From positions 3,573 to 67,572 of the forward strand of contig JBCLLP010000001.1 of NCBI GenBank assembly GCA_039738615.1: DNA of 64,000 nt, read 5' to 3'. The position numbers and the translations under genes are program-made. Origin of the DNA: Candidatus Saccharimonadia bacterium (GTDB taxonomy: Bacteria > Patescibacteriota > Saccharimonadia > CAILAD01 > BJGX01). A model generated the notes under the pieces. It was given only the letters and a program-made list of their open reading frames with translations. It was not told the origin of the DNA and did no database searches. Positions within the stretch are counted from its first letter, which is position 1. Every line of letters starts with the position of its first letter. Shown here piece by piece: positions 50,852-59,713 of the stretch.

Positions 50852-51394
50852 ATGAGTGCAAACTCCAATAAGACGGCCGAAATACTTCGGCTCATTCAAA
50901 CCAAAAAAGTCGCCCCTCTGGGCGACTTGAGTACTAATAAGGGCCTTAGAGGTTTATTCTCTACTACCAAGAGCTCTACACCTAGAAGGCGTATTATAGA
51001 TACTCTTGCTCTGCTAGCTAGGCAGGGCTATGTTAGCGTTGGATTACTTGACAATGAAAAGATATTTAAGATTACCGAGAAAGGCAAGGATCGGCTTAGG
51101 GCACACCAAGTAAGCGAAGATGGCCTTGGTATATCAGAGCGCTGGGACGGCCGCTGGTTCCTTATAACCTTTGATATACCAGAAACCAAAAAAGTCGCCC
51201 GCAATCAGCTCATCCTGACCTTAAAACGACATGGCTTTATAAATTACACTAAGGGTTTATGGCTAATACCCTACAACCCCACTAGGCTTGTAGCTAGCTT
51301 GCGTAAGCAGCTTGGCCTAAAGTCCGAGCTAAAGCTAATTGTTGCCCAGTCAATTGATAGTGATAGCAAATACCGCAAATACTGGGATTTATAA
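50852..51394 (+). CDS. PaaX-like transcriptional regulator (wHTH plus Cas2-like ferredoxin domain)
   Basis: wHTH ending in KITEKG, followed by WDGRWFLITFDIPE...LKRHGF...GLWLIP. Confidence 0.8.
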   Translation: MSANSNKTAEILRLIQTKKVAPLGDLSTNKGLRGLFSTTKSSTPRRRIIDTLALLARQGYVSVGLLDNEKIFKITEKGKDRLRAHQVSEDGLGISERWDGRWFLITFDIPETKKVARNQLILTLKRHGFINYTKGLWLIPYNPTRLVASLRKQLGLKSELKLIVAQSIDSDSKYRKYWDL

Positions 51395-51395
51395 A

Positions 51396-51425
51396 AAATA
51401 ACCCCCATATGCCAGGGGTTATTTT
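51396..51425. terminator. Bidirectional terminator between the paaX-like gene and the 6S RNA
   Basis: aaaataacccc/ggggttatttt. Confidence 0.75.
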
Positions 51426-51435
51426 AATAATTTAA

Positions 51436-51604
51436 GCTATTCCACCACACCGCTTACGCTACTAACCTTTCCCGCCAAATGACAGGTGGGTGTCCTCAGC
51501 ATCTACTGGCCGTAAAAGCCAGCGAGCAATCTTAAACTCCCTAAAGTTAAAAAGTAACCGGAAAAAGTTACTGCGTATTTATTGCGAGTGCAGTAGATAA
51601 GCAC
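51436..51604 (-). ncRNA. ssrS: Probable 6S RNA
   Basis: About 170 nt; ends pair (tatctactgcac / gtgtggtggaata); central GGGAG...CACCCACCTG...GCGGG as in Firmicutes-type 6S; TGCTATAAT just upstream and a terminator downstream. Confidence 0.7.
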
Positions 51605-51620
51605 TTTTAATTATAGCACC

Positions 51621-52253
51621 TTATCGTAGAACCGCATGCCCTACTATTAAGCTCGCCATACCGCCAACCAGATAGCTAAAGCTAGGCCCAATAAAACTAA
51701 AGAATATAAAAACAAATACGAATACTGCCACTAAGCCGTACTGCTCTATCCTATCCATAATGTCAGCCAGCGCTGGAGGTGCAATGGCATATAATAACCT
51801 ACTCCCATCAAGGGGAGGGAAAGGAATCATATTAAACACAAAGAATGCTACATTAACTAGCACGAATTGGGTTAGGAACACCTCGCCCAGACCCCCGATG
51901 TTCATAAACCTTAAATACAAGCCTACAATTATTGCCATCAACAGATTGCTAGCAGGCCCTGCAAAGGCCACTAGCGCAACTCCTGCTTTGCCGTGCTTTA
52001 GGGCGTAAGGATTAAATGGCACGGGCTTAGCAGCTCCAAACACCACTGGGCTCCCAAGCAAGATAAGCCCCAGGGGCAGTAGTAGGGTCATTAAGGGGTC
52101 AATATGCTTGGCTGGATTAAGCGTTAAGCGGCCCTCGCGCTTGGCTGTGATATCCCCTAGCATATGCCCTGCCCAAGCATGGCAAAACTCATGCACGGTC
52201 AGCACTATAACCAAGATTATAAGATAAAACACTAATGTAGCTATTGTTTCCAT
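51621..52253 (-). CDS. Site-2 protease (M50 family)
   Basis: HEFCH, GRLTLNP, AGPASN and FNMIPFPPLDG. Confidence 0.93.
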   Translation of the reverse strand: METIATLVFYLIILVIVLTVHEFCHAWAGHMLGDITAKREGRLTLNPAKHIDPLMTLLLPLGLILLGSPVVFGAAKPVPFNPYALKHGKAGVALVAFAGPASNLLMAIIVGLYLRFMNIGGLGEVFLTQFVLVNVAFFVFNMIPFPPLDGSRLLYAIAPPALADIMDRIEQYGLVAVFVFVFIFFSFIGPSFSYLVGGMASLIVGHAVLR

Positions 52254-52343
52254 CTAATCTTAATTTTACCACCAAATAGACCATAATACTGCTTATTTGC
52301 TAGTATTGCCCAATATCAGCAAATATGATAAAATACTCCAGTT

Positions 52344-52568
52344 ATGTCTTATAGATGCGATCTATCAGGTAAAGGAAAACAATTCGGCAACCATGTGAGC
52401 CACTCACAGAGGCACGTTAAACGTACCTGGAAACCAAACCTACAGCCCAAGACTCTCATCATTGACGGCCGTAAGGTTAAGCTCCGGCTAGCTGTCAGCA
52501 CTATCCGAACTCTTAATAAGTATCAGGCCCAAATAGACCAAAAAGAACTCGAAAACGCCAGTAAATAA
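52344..52568 (+). CDS. rpmB: 50S ribosomal protein L28
   Basis: CDLSGK..FGNHVSHS.RH.KR.WKPNLQ. Confidence 0.93.
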   Translation: MSYRCDLSGKGKQFGNHVSHSQRHVKRTWKPNLQPKTLIIDGRKVKLRLAVSTIRTLNKYQAQIDQKELENASK

Positions 52569-52588
52569 CCCCCCAACTCCACTCCCTA

Positions 52589-52645
52589 CTAGTTAACGGG
52601 GCTTGTTGGGTTAGTAATTACACTGACTTACTTTAGGATTACTAG
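52589..52645. repeat. 57-bp direct repeat, left copy (pairs with 55159-55215)
   Basis: ctagttaacggggcttgttgggttagtaattacactgacttactttaggattactag; 53/57 identical by manual alignment. Confidence 0.92.
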
Positions 52646-52663
52646 ATGCCAAAGAGTGGGCTC

Positions 52664-55057
52664 CTAGGTTATTTTGCTAGCTAGTAGCGGGTATAGCATG
52701 CGGAGTTTATTTTTATCGGCGCTGGTAAGGCTCCCGAGGTCGAGGCTGTCACCGATGAAGTTAGGTAGGGCTAGACCCTCGGCGCTGGTGAGGCCCCCGA
52801 GGTCGAGGTCGCCACCGATGGAGTTAGGTAGGGTTAGGCCCTCGGCGCTGGTGAGGCCCCTGAGGTAGAGGTCGCCACCGATGGAGTTAGGTAGGGTTAG
52901 GCCCTCGGCGCTGGTGAGACTGCTGAGATAGAGGTCGCCACCGATGGAGTTAGGTAGGGTTAGGCCCTCGGCGCTGGTGAGGCTCCTGAGGAAGAGGTCG
53001 CCACCGATGATGTTAGGTAGGGTTAGGCCCTCGGCGCTGGTGAGGCTATTGAGGAAGAGGTCGCCAACAATGGAGTTAGGTAGGGTTAGGCCCTCAGCGC
53101 TAGTGAGGCTCCCGAGGTAGAGGCCGCCACCGATGGAGTTAGGTAGGGTTAGACCCTCGACGCTGGTGAGGCCCCCGAGGTAGAGGCCGCCACCGATGGA
53201 GTTAGGTAGGGTTAGACCCTCGACGCTGGTGAGGCTGTTGAGGTAGAGGTCGCCAACAATGGAGTTAGGTAGGGTTAGGCCCTCGGCGCTGGTGAGGCTC
53301 CTGAGGTAGAGGCCGCCACCGATGGAGTTAGGTAGGGTTAGGCCCTCGGCGCTGGTGAGGCTGTCAAGGTCGAGGCTACCACCGATGAAGTTAGGTAGGG
53401 TTAGGCCCTCGGCGCTGGTGAGGCTGTTAAGGTCGAGGCTGTCACCGGTGGAGTTAGGTAGGGTTAGACCCTCGGCGCTGGTGAGGCTGTCAAGGTTGAG
53501 GCCGCCACCGATGGAGTTAGGTAGGGTTAGGCCCTTGGCGCTGGTGAGGGTGTTGAGGTCGAGGTTGCCATGATGGTAGAGTATGCCACCACTTAAGGCC
53601 CCTTCTGTGGTGATGCTTATTTTAGCTTCATCTATATCCAGTATGAGAGACAAATCAGCCTTATCATTTCTATAATCAAGTATCTGCTCTATTCTGAGGT
53701 CTCGCCCATAGCCAAGGCTAAGAATTTTATCATCTATTTCATAAATAAATCTTAGCTCTTCAGGGCTTAGTTTGTAATCGAGGTTACTATAGCTTAAAAA
53801 TTCAGCGGTCATATCATCATACTGGGCACCAAGCTTTACTTCTATCTCAGAAACTAGCTTCATATCCTTAATCGCTTGTTTGTATTCTTCAGCATTAGGA
53901 AATTCTTCACTATCTTCGAGCTTGGTACTCAATACTGGGTCAATATAAGAGTCTAGGTGCTGGCCGTGTTCAATTCCTCTAATCTCAGCTATTTCCCCTT
54001 GCTCCATGCGTATGGCTATCCGTGGTATGTTTGCCTCGCCTGTTTCATCTAGTGAATAATAGACATAAAAATCCCCGCCATCTAGCTGACCTTGGGCTGT
54101 ACTGATAGCACCCGCCGTACACCATTCCAAGACATGGTTATGTAGGCTATCATATAGTGTCTGGGCATCACTACCCTGCTTATAGCAAACCCACTCACCT
54201 CTCGTTTCTTTGAGTCTTTCACGGGACATTGAAGGAGTTTCGGATAGAAATTGGGCATATATTGTAGCAAAGTTTTTATTGCTTAAAAGTGCATTGTATT
54301 TTTCGTCAGTAAGTATAGTCGAGGTATTTGATATTGTTCTGCCACCCTTTGGCAGCCCCTCTTGCTCTAGCCTATGGCTCATAGCAGCGATTGTCTGGGC
54401 AAGTGCCATAGGATTAAGTATCGGGTATGATGCTATGGTAGTTACGTCGCGGGTTGCGAATTTAACTATCGGGGGGCTACCTTCTTTTTCTTCTTTTTTG
54501 ATTTTACCCATTGTAGTAATAGCCATAAAAGCCCAATACCGCGCCCACATAGGGTACCCTGCCGCATCAGCATCCCCGCTAGTTAAATAATCTACCCATC
54601 TATCTAGGCTGGCTTCTTGGGCAGCTATTATCTCATTGATTTTTGCTTGCTTAAACTCTTCATCAGGTGTGATATTACCATGCCCCATCTCCCTGGCTTG
54701 TCGGACTTCAGCTACAAAGGCATAATCTGGCACTTCATCGGGCTTGATAACAAACAGTTTGTGGTAGCTTGCTTTAATGCGTTCTAGCACCCTGGAATGA
54801 GCCTCCTGGAGTTCGGGACTGGCTCCCCTGGCCTGGTGAGTGCGTTGTAATACTTCAAGCCAATTAGATATTCGTAGGGCTGGATTTGTATTTGTCTCTA
54901 AGCCCTCTGCTTTTTCTCTTCTAGCCTGCTCGTACTCTACTGGGTCCGATAACTGAAGTGCAGAGTTATTAGCATGTAATAATCTAGCGCCAGCCAGCTC
55001 CTCCTTGCTAGGGCTAGGGGTGTCTTGTGGGGTTTGATCTGGAAACTGCTCTGGCAT
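52664..55057 (-). CDS. Large hypothetical protein with a C-terminal LRR-like array of 21-aa repeats
   Basis: 797-aa ORF; N-terminal region with W..Y.QG, WCTAG, GGDFYVYYS and PRIAIRM...EIRG; about 14 repeats of NSIGGxLxLxxLTSAEGLTLP. Confidence 0.88.
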   Translation of the reverse strand: MPEQFPDQTPQDTPSPSKEELAGARLLHANNSALQLSDPVEYEQARREKAEGLETNTNPALRISNWLEVLQRTHQARGASPELQEAHSRVLERIKASYHKLFVIKPDEVPDYAFVAEVRQAREMGHGNITPDEEFKQAKINEIIAAQEASLDRWVDYLTSGDADAAGYPMWARYWAFMAITTMGKIKKEEKEGSPPIVKFATRDVTTIASYPILNPMALAQTIAAMSHRLEQEGLPKGGRTISNTSTILTDEKYNALLSNKNFATIYAQFLSETPSMSRERLKETRGEWVCYKQGSDAQTLYDSLHNHVLEWCTAGAISTAQGQLDGGDFYVYYSLDETGEANIPRIAIRMEQGEIAEIRGIEHGQHLDSYIDPVLSTKLEDSEEFPNAEEYKQAIKDMKLVSEIEVKLGAQYDDMTAEFLSYSNLDYKLSPEELRFIYEIDDKILSLGYGRDLRIEQILDYRNDKADLSLILDIDEAKISITTEGALSGGILYHHGNLDLNTLTSAKGLTLPNSIGGGLNLDSLTSAEGLTLPNSTGDSLDLNSLTSAEGLTLPNFIGGSLDLDSLTSAEGLTLPNSIGGGLYLRSLTSAEGLTLPNSIVGDLYLNSLTSVEGLTLPNSIGGGLYLGGLTSVEGLTLPNSIGGGLYLGSLTSAEGLTLPNSIVGDLFLNSLTSAEGLTLPNIIGGDLFLRSLTSAEGLTLPNSIGGDLYLSSLTSAEGLTLPNSIGGDLYLRGLTSAEGLTLPNSIGGDLDLGGLTSAEGLALPNFIGDSLDLGSLTSADKNKLRMLYPLLASKIT
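52718..53570 (-). repeat. Intragenic tandem array of ~14 x 63-bp GC-rich repeats
   Basis: gagttaggtagggttaggccctcggcgctggtgagg recurs every 63 nt (e.g. 52821 and 52884). Confidence 0.97.
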
Positions 55058-55158
55058 TTGTTATAACCTTGTTTAAACTATATTACAGTCTTTAATATAG
55101 TTATTATGCTTCTATGCATCATTAGTATACTATGGCATTATGGCTAGTACAAAAACCC

Positions 55159-55215
55159 CTAGTTAACGGGGGTTTTTGGGTTAGTAATTACACTGACTTA
55201 CTTGAGAATTACTAG
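55159..55215. repeat. 57-bp direct repeat, right copy; overlaps the stop codon and terminator of the MBL-like gene
   Basis: ctagttaacgggggtttttgggttagtaattacactgacttacttgagaattactag; hairpin aaaaacccc/ggggttttt is intact here. Confidence 0.92.
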
Positions 55216-55725
55216 CTGTTGAGAATCTTCTGGCAAATCACGCTTACTTAATTTATAGCGCTCCGTGGGCTCAGTGTCTTTGCCAAATTCTGCCTTAATC
55301 TTATTAAGCTCACTAGCTAAACCCATAAGTGGTATCAATACTTTTGGCTCAATTTGCCCAATAAGCTTATTCATTAAATCGGACTTATCATCCTGAACTG
55401 CAAGAATAAGTATATCTACATCATCCATATGCTCTAGCTGGGCATTGGTAAGAGGTGCCGAGAGATTCACGCCATAAATAATATGAATATCATCTGCTAC
55501 CAAGCTATAAATTGTATTAGCTTCGTCTATCTCAATTCCATCTACCATAGTGCCCATTACTTCATACTCCCCTGGACCGCTAAAGGACCTCTCTGCTGCA
55601 ATCCTGGCTGCTGGGCTAGTAAATAGCAGTAAATCTGCCCTAACATCACTAGAGGGATTGAGAACAATTGTAGCGCTCTTGCCGGCAAGCTTAATGGTGT
55701 CTTTGTTGGAAAAAGTAATATCCAT
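55198..55725 (-). CDS. Degenerate metallo-beta-lactamase-fold (Lactamase_B_3-like) protein
   Basis: F.GPGEYEV.G, DVDILIL and QIEPKVLIPL; the HxHxDH metal motif is absent. Confidence 0.75.
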   Translation of the reverse strand: MDITFSNKDTIKLAGKSATIVLNPSSDVRADLLLFTSPAARIAAERSFSGPGEYEVMGTMVDGIEIDEANTIYSLVADDIHIIYGVNLSAPLTNAQLEHMDDVDILILAVQDDKSDLMNKLIGQIEPKVLIPLMGLASELNKIKAEFGKDTEPTERYKLSKRDLPEDSQQLVILK

Positions 55726-55759
55726 GGATGTAATTATACCAGATTAAACGCCATATAGA

Positions 55760-56803
55760 CTAGGAGTTTGTGGCCTCCGATATTTTTTCTTTGACATAGT
55801 CCGAACCAATACTATCAAATATCACATCTATTACGGCAGCAACGGGAATGGCTAGAATAACTCCTATCGGTCCAAGTAGACCAAATCCAATGAGCGCTGC
55901 GAGTAATATTACTACGGGGGAAACACCAATAGCTTTATTGAAGAGCTGGGGGGCTATAATATTAGCTAAAATAAGCTGGGATACAACCACAAACACGATA
56001 AATATAAGGGCGGTAACTGGTGATAGCACTAAGGCCGCCAAAAGACCAGGTATGGCTCCAACCAATGGGCCTACAAATGGTATGAACTGCAAAATACCCG
56101 CGAAAAGACTTAATGCCAGGCTGTATTGGACCCCCAAGACAGTAAGCATTCCATACGTTGCTAAAAACACAATAGTGGCCATGACAAGCTGGAATCGAAT
56201 CCAGTGCCCAAGCTTAATAGAGGTTTCTTGACCTATCATTACAACCTCTCGTTGGCGTTTTTTAGATGGTATATACCTAACCATAGCAGATAATATCTTT
56301 TGACCACTAAGTAAAAAATAAAAGGTCAGTACCAAGAAGGTTATAAACCCAAAAACACCACCAATTAGCCCAGTAGCTGCCTGGCCTATTTGACCTGTAA
56401 CAACTTCTGGGCGAGAGCTAATAGATACTAATAGTTTATCTAGGAAGTCTCGCAATAGTGGCTGGTTGGCAAGGCTCGAATTAATACTAGCACTTAACGA
56501 GGGGTAGTTAGCTACTATATCATTAACCTGTTGGGCAAAAGTTGGGGCTATCAGAAATATCAAATAGCCTAGAACTGAAAATGTCAGTACAAATATCACA
56601 GACACTGCCAGCCAGCGTGGAAACTTGATTTTTTCGAGCTTCTTTACTGACGGATTAAGGCCGGCAGAGAATATCACGCTAGCTATAACAATAATAACTA
56701 CTCCAGATGAGTACCATAACAATGCCAAGAGAGCTATTACAGCCACTAAATACACAAAAGATAGTGGCGAGATGGTGACTGTAAGCTTTTGAGAGTCTTT
56801 CAT
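55760..56803 (-). CDS. AI-2E family transporter
   Basis: LNPSVKKLE...PRWLAV, FIPFVGP and G..GVILAIP. Confidence 0.9.
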   Translation of the reverse strand: MKDSQKLTVTISPLSFVYLVAVIALLALLWYSSGVVIIVIASVIFSAGLNPSVKKLEKIKFPRWLAVSVIFVLTFSVLGYLIFLIAPTFAQQVNDIVANYPSLSASINSSLANQPLLRDFLDKLLVSISSRPEVVTGQIGQAATGLIGGVFGFITFLVLTFYFLLSGQKILSAMVRYIPSKKRQREVVMIGQETSIKLGHWIRFQLVMATIVFLATYGMLTVLGVQYSLALSLFAGILQFIPFVGPLVGAIPGLLAALVLSPVTALIFIVFVVVSQLILANIIAPQLFNKAIGVSPVVILLAALIGFGLLGPIGVILAIPVAAVIDVIFDSIGSDYVKEKISEATNS

Positions 56804-56851
56804 AATGTTATTATCTCATAAATGACGTTAATTATTAATAGTACTTATGTT

Positions 56852-57511
56852 TTATTTTTTGCCTAATACTACATTAGCCTTAGCAGGAGCGCCTGGTTCT
56901 ACTACCTCGCTAGCTGGTAGGGGTGTAAAAACACCTATCTTGTCGGCTAAAATAATCTTATTCTCATCTAGAATACCAGTTAAAAAGCGATCGTTAAGAT
57001 TGCGCCTATAGTCAAAGTCCTCAACAGTCAATGCCGAATAATTTAGCTCTCGGTTCATTTCCTTTTCTAGCTCACCAACTATTTTGGCTAGTTGCGACTT
57101 ATTCATATCTCCTATGATGAATATATCAATCTGTTGGTTACTGCCCCTTACAAATGCACCCGTCAAAAAAGCCATTCTTACATTACCAGCTTTTTGGATG
57201 TTTTTGAGGATTTGATCTTCCTCCTTAGTCTGCTTAATGGCTTTAGACTTAGCCGGAATACGCTGGAATATCGACTGAAGCTCCTTATGAAACTTATATT
57301 TTGAGTTTATTTCATAGTAGAGCCTGTTGCTTTGGCTTACCGAACGAACTATACCAATATTAAGCAAGTTCTGAAGCTCTCTACGGACAGAGTTGATTTG
57401 CTCTTCTATTTTACGAGTAATCTCGCGGACATAGAATGGTCGATCAGGATTATTGTAAAATAAGCTGAGTAGCTTTACTCGCGTCTTAGAACCAAACAAT
57501 TGTTCAAACAT
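56852..57511 (-). CDS. Winged-HTH protein fused to a nucleotidyltransferase-like domain
   Basis: LFGSKTRVKLL, YVREITR..INSVRREL.NL; C-terminal LTGAFV...IDIFIIGD; GGAGG Shine-Dalgarno. Confidence 0.8.
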   Translation of the reverse strand: MFEQLFGSKTRVKLLSLFYNNPDRPFYVREITRKIEEQINSVRRELQNLLNIGIVRSVSQSNRLYYEINSKYKFHKELQSIFQRIPAKSKAIKQTKEEDQILKNIQKAGNVRMAFLTGAFVRGSNQQIDIFIIGDMNKSQLAKIVGELEKEMNRELNYSALTVEDFDYRRNLNDRFLTGILDENKIILADKIGVFTPLPASEVVEPGAPAKANVVLGKK

Positions 57512-57619
57512 ATTGACCTCCTATTAATACTGAAAATTGTATTCTACATACAAATTTCAGGTTAGTTTATTGTATTATAAGAGCAATTGAACAATAAATC
57601 TAGACTATTATTGTATTAG

Positions 57620-58342
57620 CTATTGTGGTCTCCTAGATGCCGTAACTTTTGCGCGCATTGCTATGCTATCATCAATGTCTTCTAGGGCAATAGGCTGATT
57701 ATTTAATAGTAGGGCTTTTTGAATTAACCAATCACAAACTAGCGGATTCTTAGGCAAGAATGACCCGTGCATATAAGTTCCTAGGGCATTTTTGTATATT
57801 GCGCCTTCGATTTTGTCTTTGGGATTGTTGCCATAGCCTTTTTTGACTATCCCTAGTGGGTGGGCTCGCCCCACAAACTCAGTCGCCCCACTATGGTTCT
57901 CAAATCCTACAAGCTCTCCAAAATCTTGAGACTGCACCACTATATTGCCAATCATTCGGGTACTAGTTGCCCTAGAAATAACATTAAATAGGCTAATCCC
58001 TTTCAGCTCCCCATAATCGTTACTAATAAAATACTCGCCTAGTAGCTGGTAGCCACCACAAACCGACAATAGTGGTCCCCCAGATTCTACAAATTCATGG
58101 ATTTGACTGGCCTTGGACTCTAGATCCTTGGCGACTACCACCTGCCCCCTATCTTGCCCACCACCTATAAAAATAATGTCGATGTCTTTGGGTATTTTAC
58201 GCCCTGCCTCAATACTTTCAACCTCATTTTTGATGCCCCTCCAGCTCATTCTTTGGGTTAATGCAATGATATTACCATAATCACCATAAATACTCATTCT
58301 CTCTGGATAAAGATGGGCTATTTTGATTGCTTTCATTGCCAA
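57620..58342 (-). CDS. gatD: Lipid II isoglutaminyl synthase, glutaminase subunit
   Basis: YGDYGN, GGGQD, VCGGYQLLG, GFENHSG and GTYMHGSFLPKNP. Confidence 0.92.
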   Translation of the reverse strand: MAMKAIKIAHLYPERMSIYGDYGNIIALTQRMSWRGIKNEVESIEAGRKIPKDIDIIFIGGGQDRGQVVVAKDLESKASQIHEFVESGGPLLSVCGGYQLLGEYFISNDYGELKGISLFNVISRATSTRMIGNIVVQSQDFGELVGFENHSGATEFVGRAHPLGIVKKGYGNNPKDKIEGAIYKNALGTYMHGSFLPKNPLVCDWLIQKALLLNNQPIALEDIDDSIAMRAKVTASRRPQ

Positions 58343-59709
58343 AACTCCTTAGCTGTATTATCACGTGCGACTATTTGGCTTCTGAGACTGAGCATTGCTG
58401 TATAGGTGGGCAATACAAACACCTTACTGCGAGGTGAGGAATTTTGCTCAATCATATCAAGCAGTTTACGGCTGTCCTCTACTATCATAATGTCTTCTAG
58501 ATCAGCATACTTGAGGCGTAAGGCCATATCATTTGCTCTGGAGCCTGCAACTATTATCTTGCCCCTGTAGGCCTGCAAGTCTTCCAAAGCACCGTCCCAG
58601 AGCCAACTTACATCCCTACCGTCAGCATAATTATCGTTAATTACAAAGACCAGCAAGCGATCCTTCTTATTTAGTAGGTAGGTCTGTATGACCTGATTAA
58701 GCCCTGTTGGGTTCTTGATTAGTAGCATCAGAATAGCGCGGCCGTGGTATTGGAGCTCTTCGGATCTACCAAATATAGCAGGTGAGCTACCTATAGAGCT
58801 TATAATATCCTCACTACTAAGCCCCAGGGCTGTTCCAGCCAGAGCATAAGCCGAGAGATAATTATAAACATTAAAGATGCCTGGAATATCTAATTTGATG
58901 AGCTTGTCGCTATTATTAATGCTAAATTGGATAGATTCTATGCCTGATTGCTTAATGTTGGTGGCCGAATAATTGGGCTTAGGCCTACTAAACCCTCCAT
59001 TTTTGGATCTGTATTTACCCATATGGCCAAAATACTGCTGAGTATAGTAGAGCCTCTCTTGAGTAAAGGGGTCAAAGATGCTATCTGCTGTATGGTCATT
59101 GGCTAGTTTGGGGGCAACGTAATCATCAACCCCAAAATACACCACTTTATGATTGCTTTCCAGCTCAAAGCCAAGGCTTGCTACCAATGGATCGTCGGCG
59201 TTTAGGATTATCTGGGCATCTGGTAGCTCGTCAAACAAGTTCCTAAACATCTTGGCGATTTTATCGAGCTCACCATACCTATCAAGCTGATCTCTAAATA
59301 AATTAGTTACTACTATCCAGTCTGGCTTAAGGGCCATACAGACCTTTGGCATATTAGCTTCATCAACCTCGAATAGCCCCATTTGAGCGCTGGCCTTGCC
59401 GTCTAAAGAGGACTCCTGAATGATAGAAGATATTAAACCCCGCTCCATATTTGAGCCGGTCTTGTTATGGATATAGGTAATGCCGTTCTGTTTTAGGATA
59501 TCAGCTATCAATTTGGTAGTGGTGGTCTTGCCGTTGGTACCGGTTACCATAATAACTCCCTTGGGGAAGTTATTATGGGCTAGCTTTAGAAGGATATCGG
59601 GATCTAGCTTTTGGGCTACCAAACCTGGTAGTGATGTTCCTCCAGAGCCTGATAGTCTATTAATCTTAAAGGCTGTTTTGGCAGCTAAAATGGCAAGTAA
59701 ACTTCGCAT
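58333..59709 (-). CDS. murT: Lipid II isoglutaminyl synthase, Mur ligase subunit
   Basis: GTNGKTTT, EVDEA, NLFRDQLDRYGE, KNPTG, DGRDVSWLWD and PTYTAML. Confidence 0.93.
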   Translation of the reverse strand: MRSLLAILAAKTAFKINRLSGSGGTSLPGLVAQKLDPDILLKLAHNNFPKGVIMVTGTNGKTTTTKLIADILKQNGITYIHNKTGSNMERGLISSIIQESSLDGKASAQMGLFEVDEANMPKVCMALKPDWIVVTNLFRDQLDRYGELDKIAKMFRNLFDELPDAQIILNADDPLVASLGFELESNHKVVYFGVDDYVAPKLANDHTADSIFDPFTQERLYYTQQYFGHMGKYRSKNGGFSRPKPNYSATNIKQSGIESIQFSINNSDKLIKLDIPGIFNVYNYLSAYALAGTALGLSSEDIISSIGSSPAIFGRSEELQYHGRAILMLLIKNPTGLNQVIQTYLLNKKDRLLVFVINDNYADGRDVSWLWDGALEDLQAYRGKIIVAGSRANDMALRLKYADLEDIMIVEDSRKLLDMIEQNSSPRSKVFVLPTYTAMLSLRSQIVARDNTAKEFWQ

Positions 59710-59713
59710 AACT

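Noticed and set aside
50852-51394. Cas2 / CRISPR-Cas locus
   Set aside because: The FDIPE domain is fused to a wHTH (PaaX-like); there is no cas1 and no repeat-spacer array.
52718-53570. CRISPR array
   Set aside because: The units are contiguous in-frame 63-bp coding repeats without unique spacers.
52718-53570. Diversity-generating retroelement target (variable codons aac/gac/tac/ttc and ggc/agc/gac)
   Set aside because: Any NNC codon can be derived from AAC, so the pattern is not diagnostic; AGG/GGG variants do not fit, and no reverse transcriptase or template repeat is in the window.
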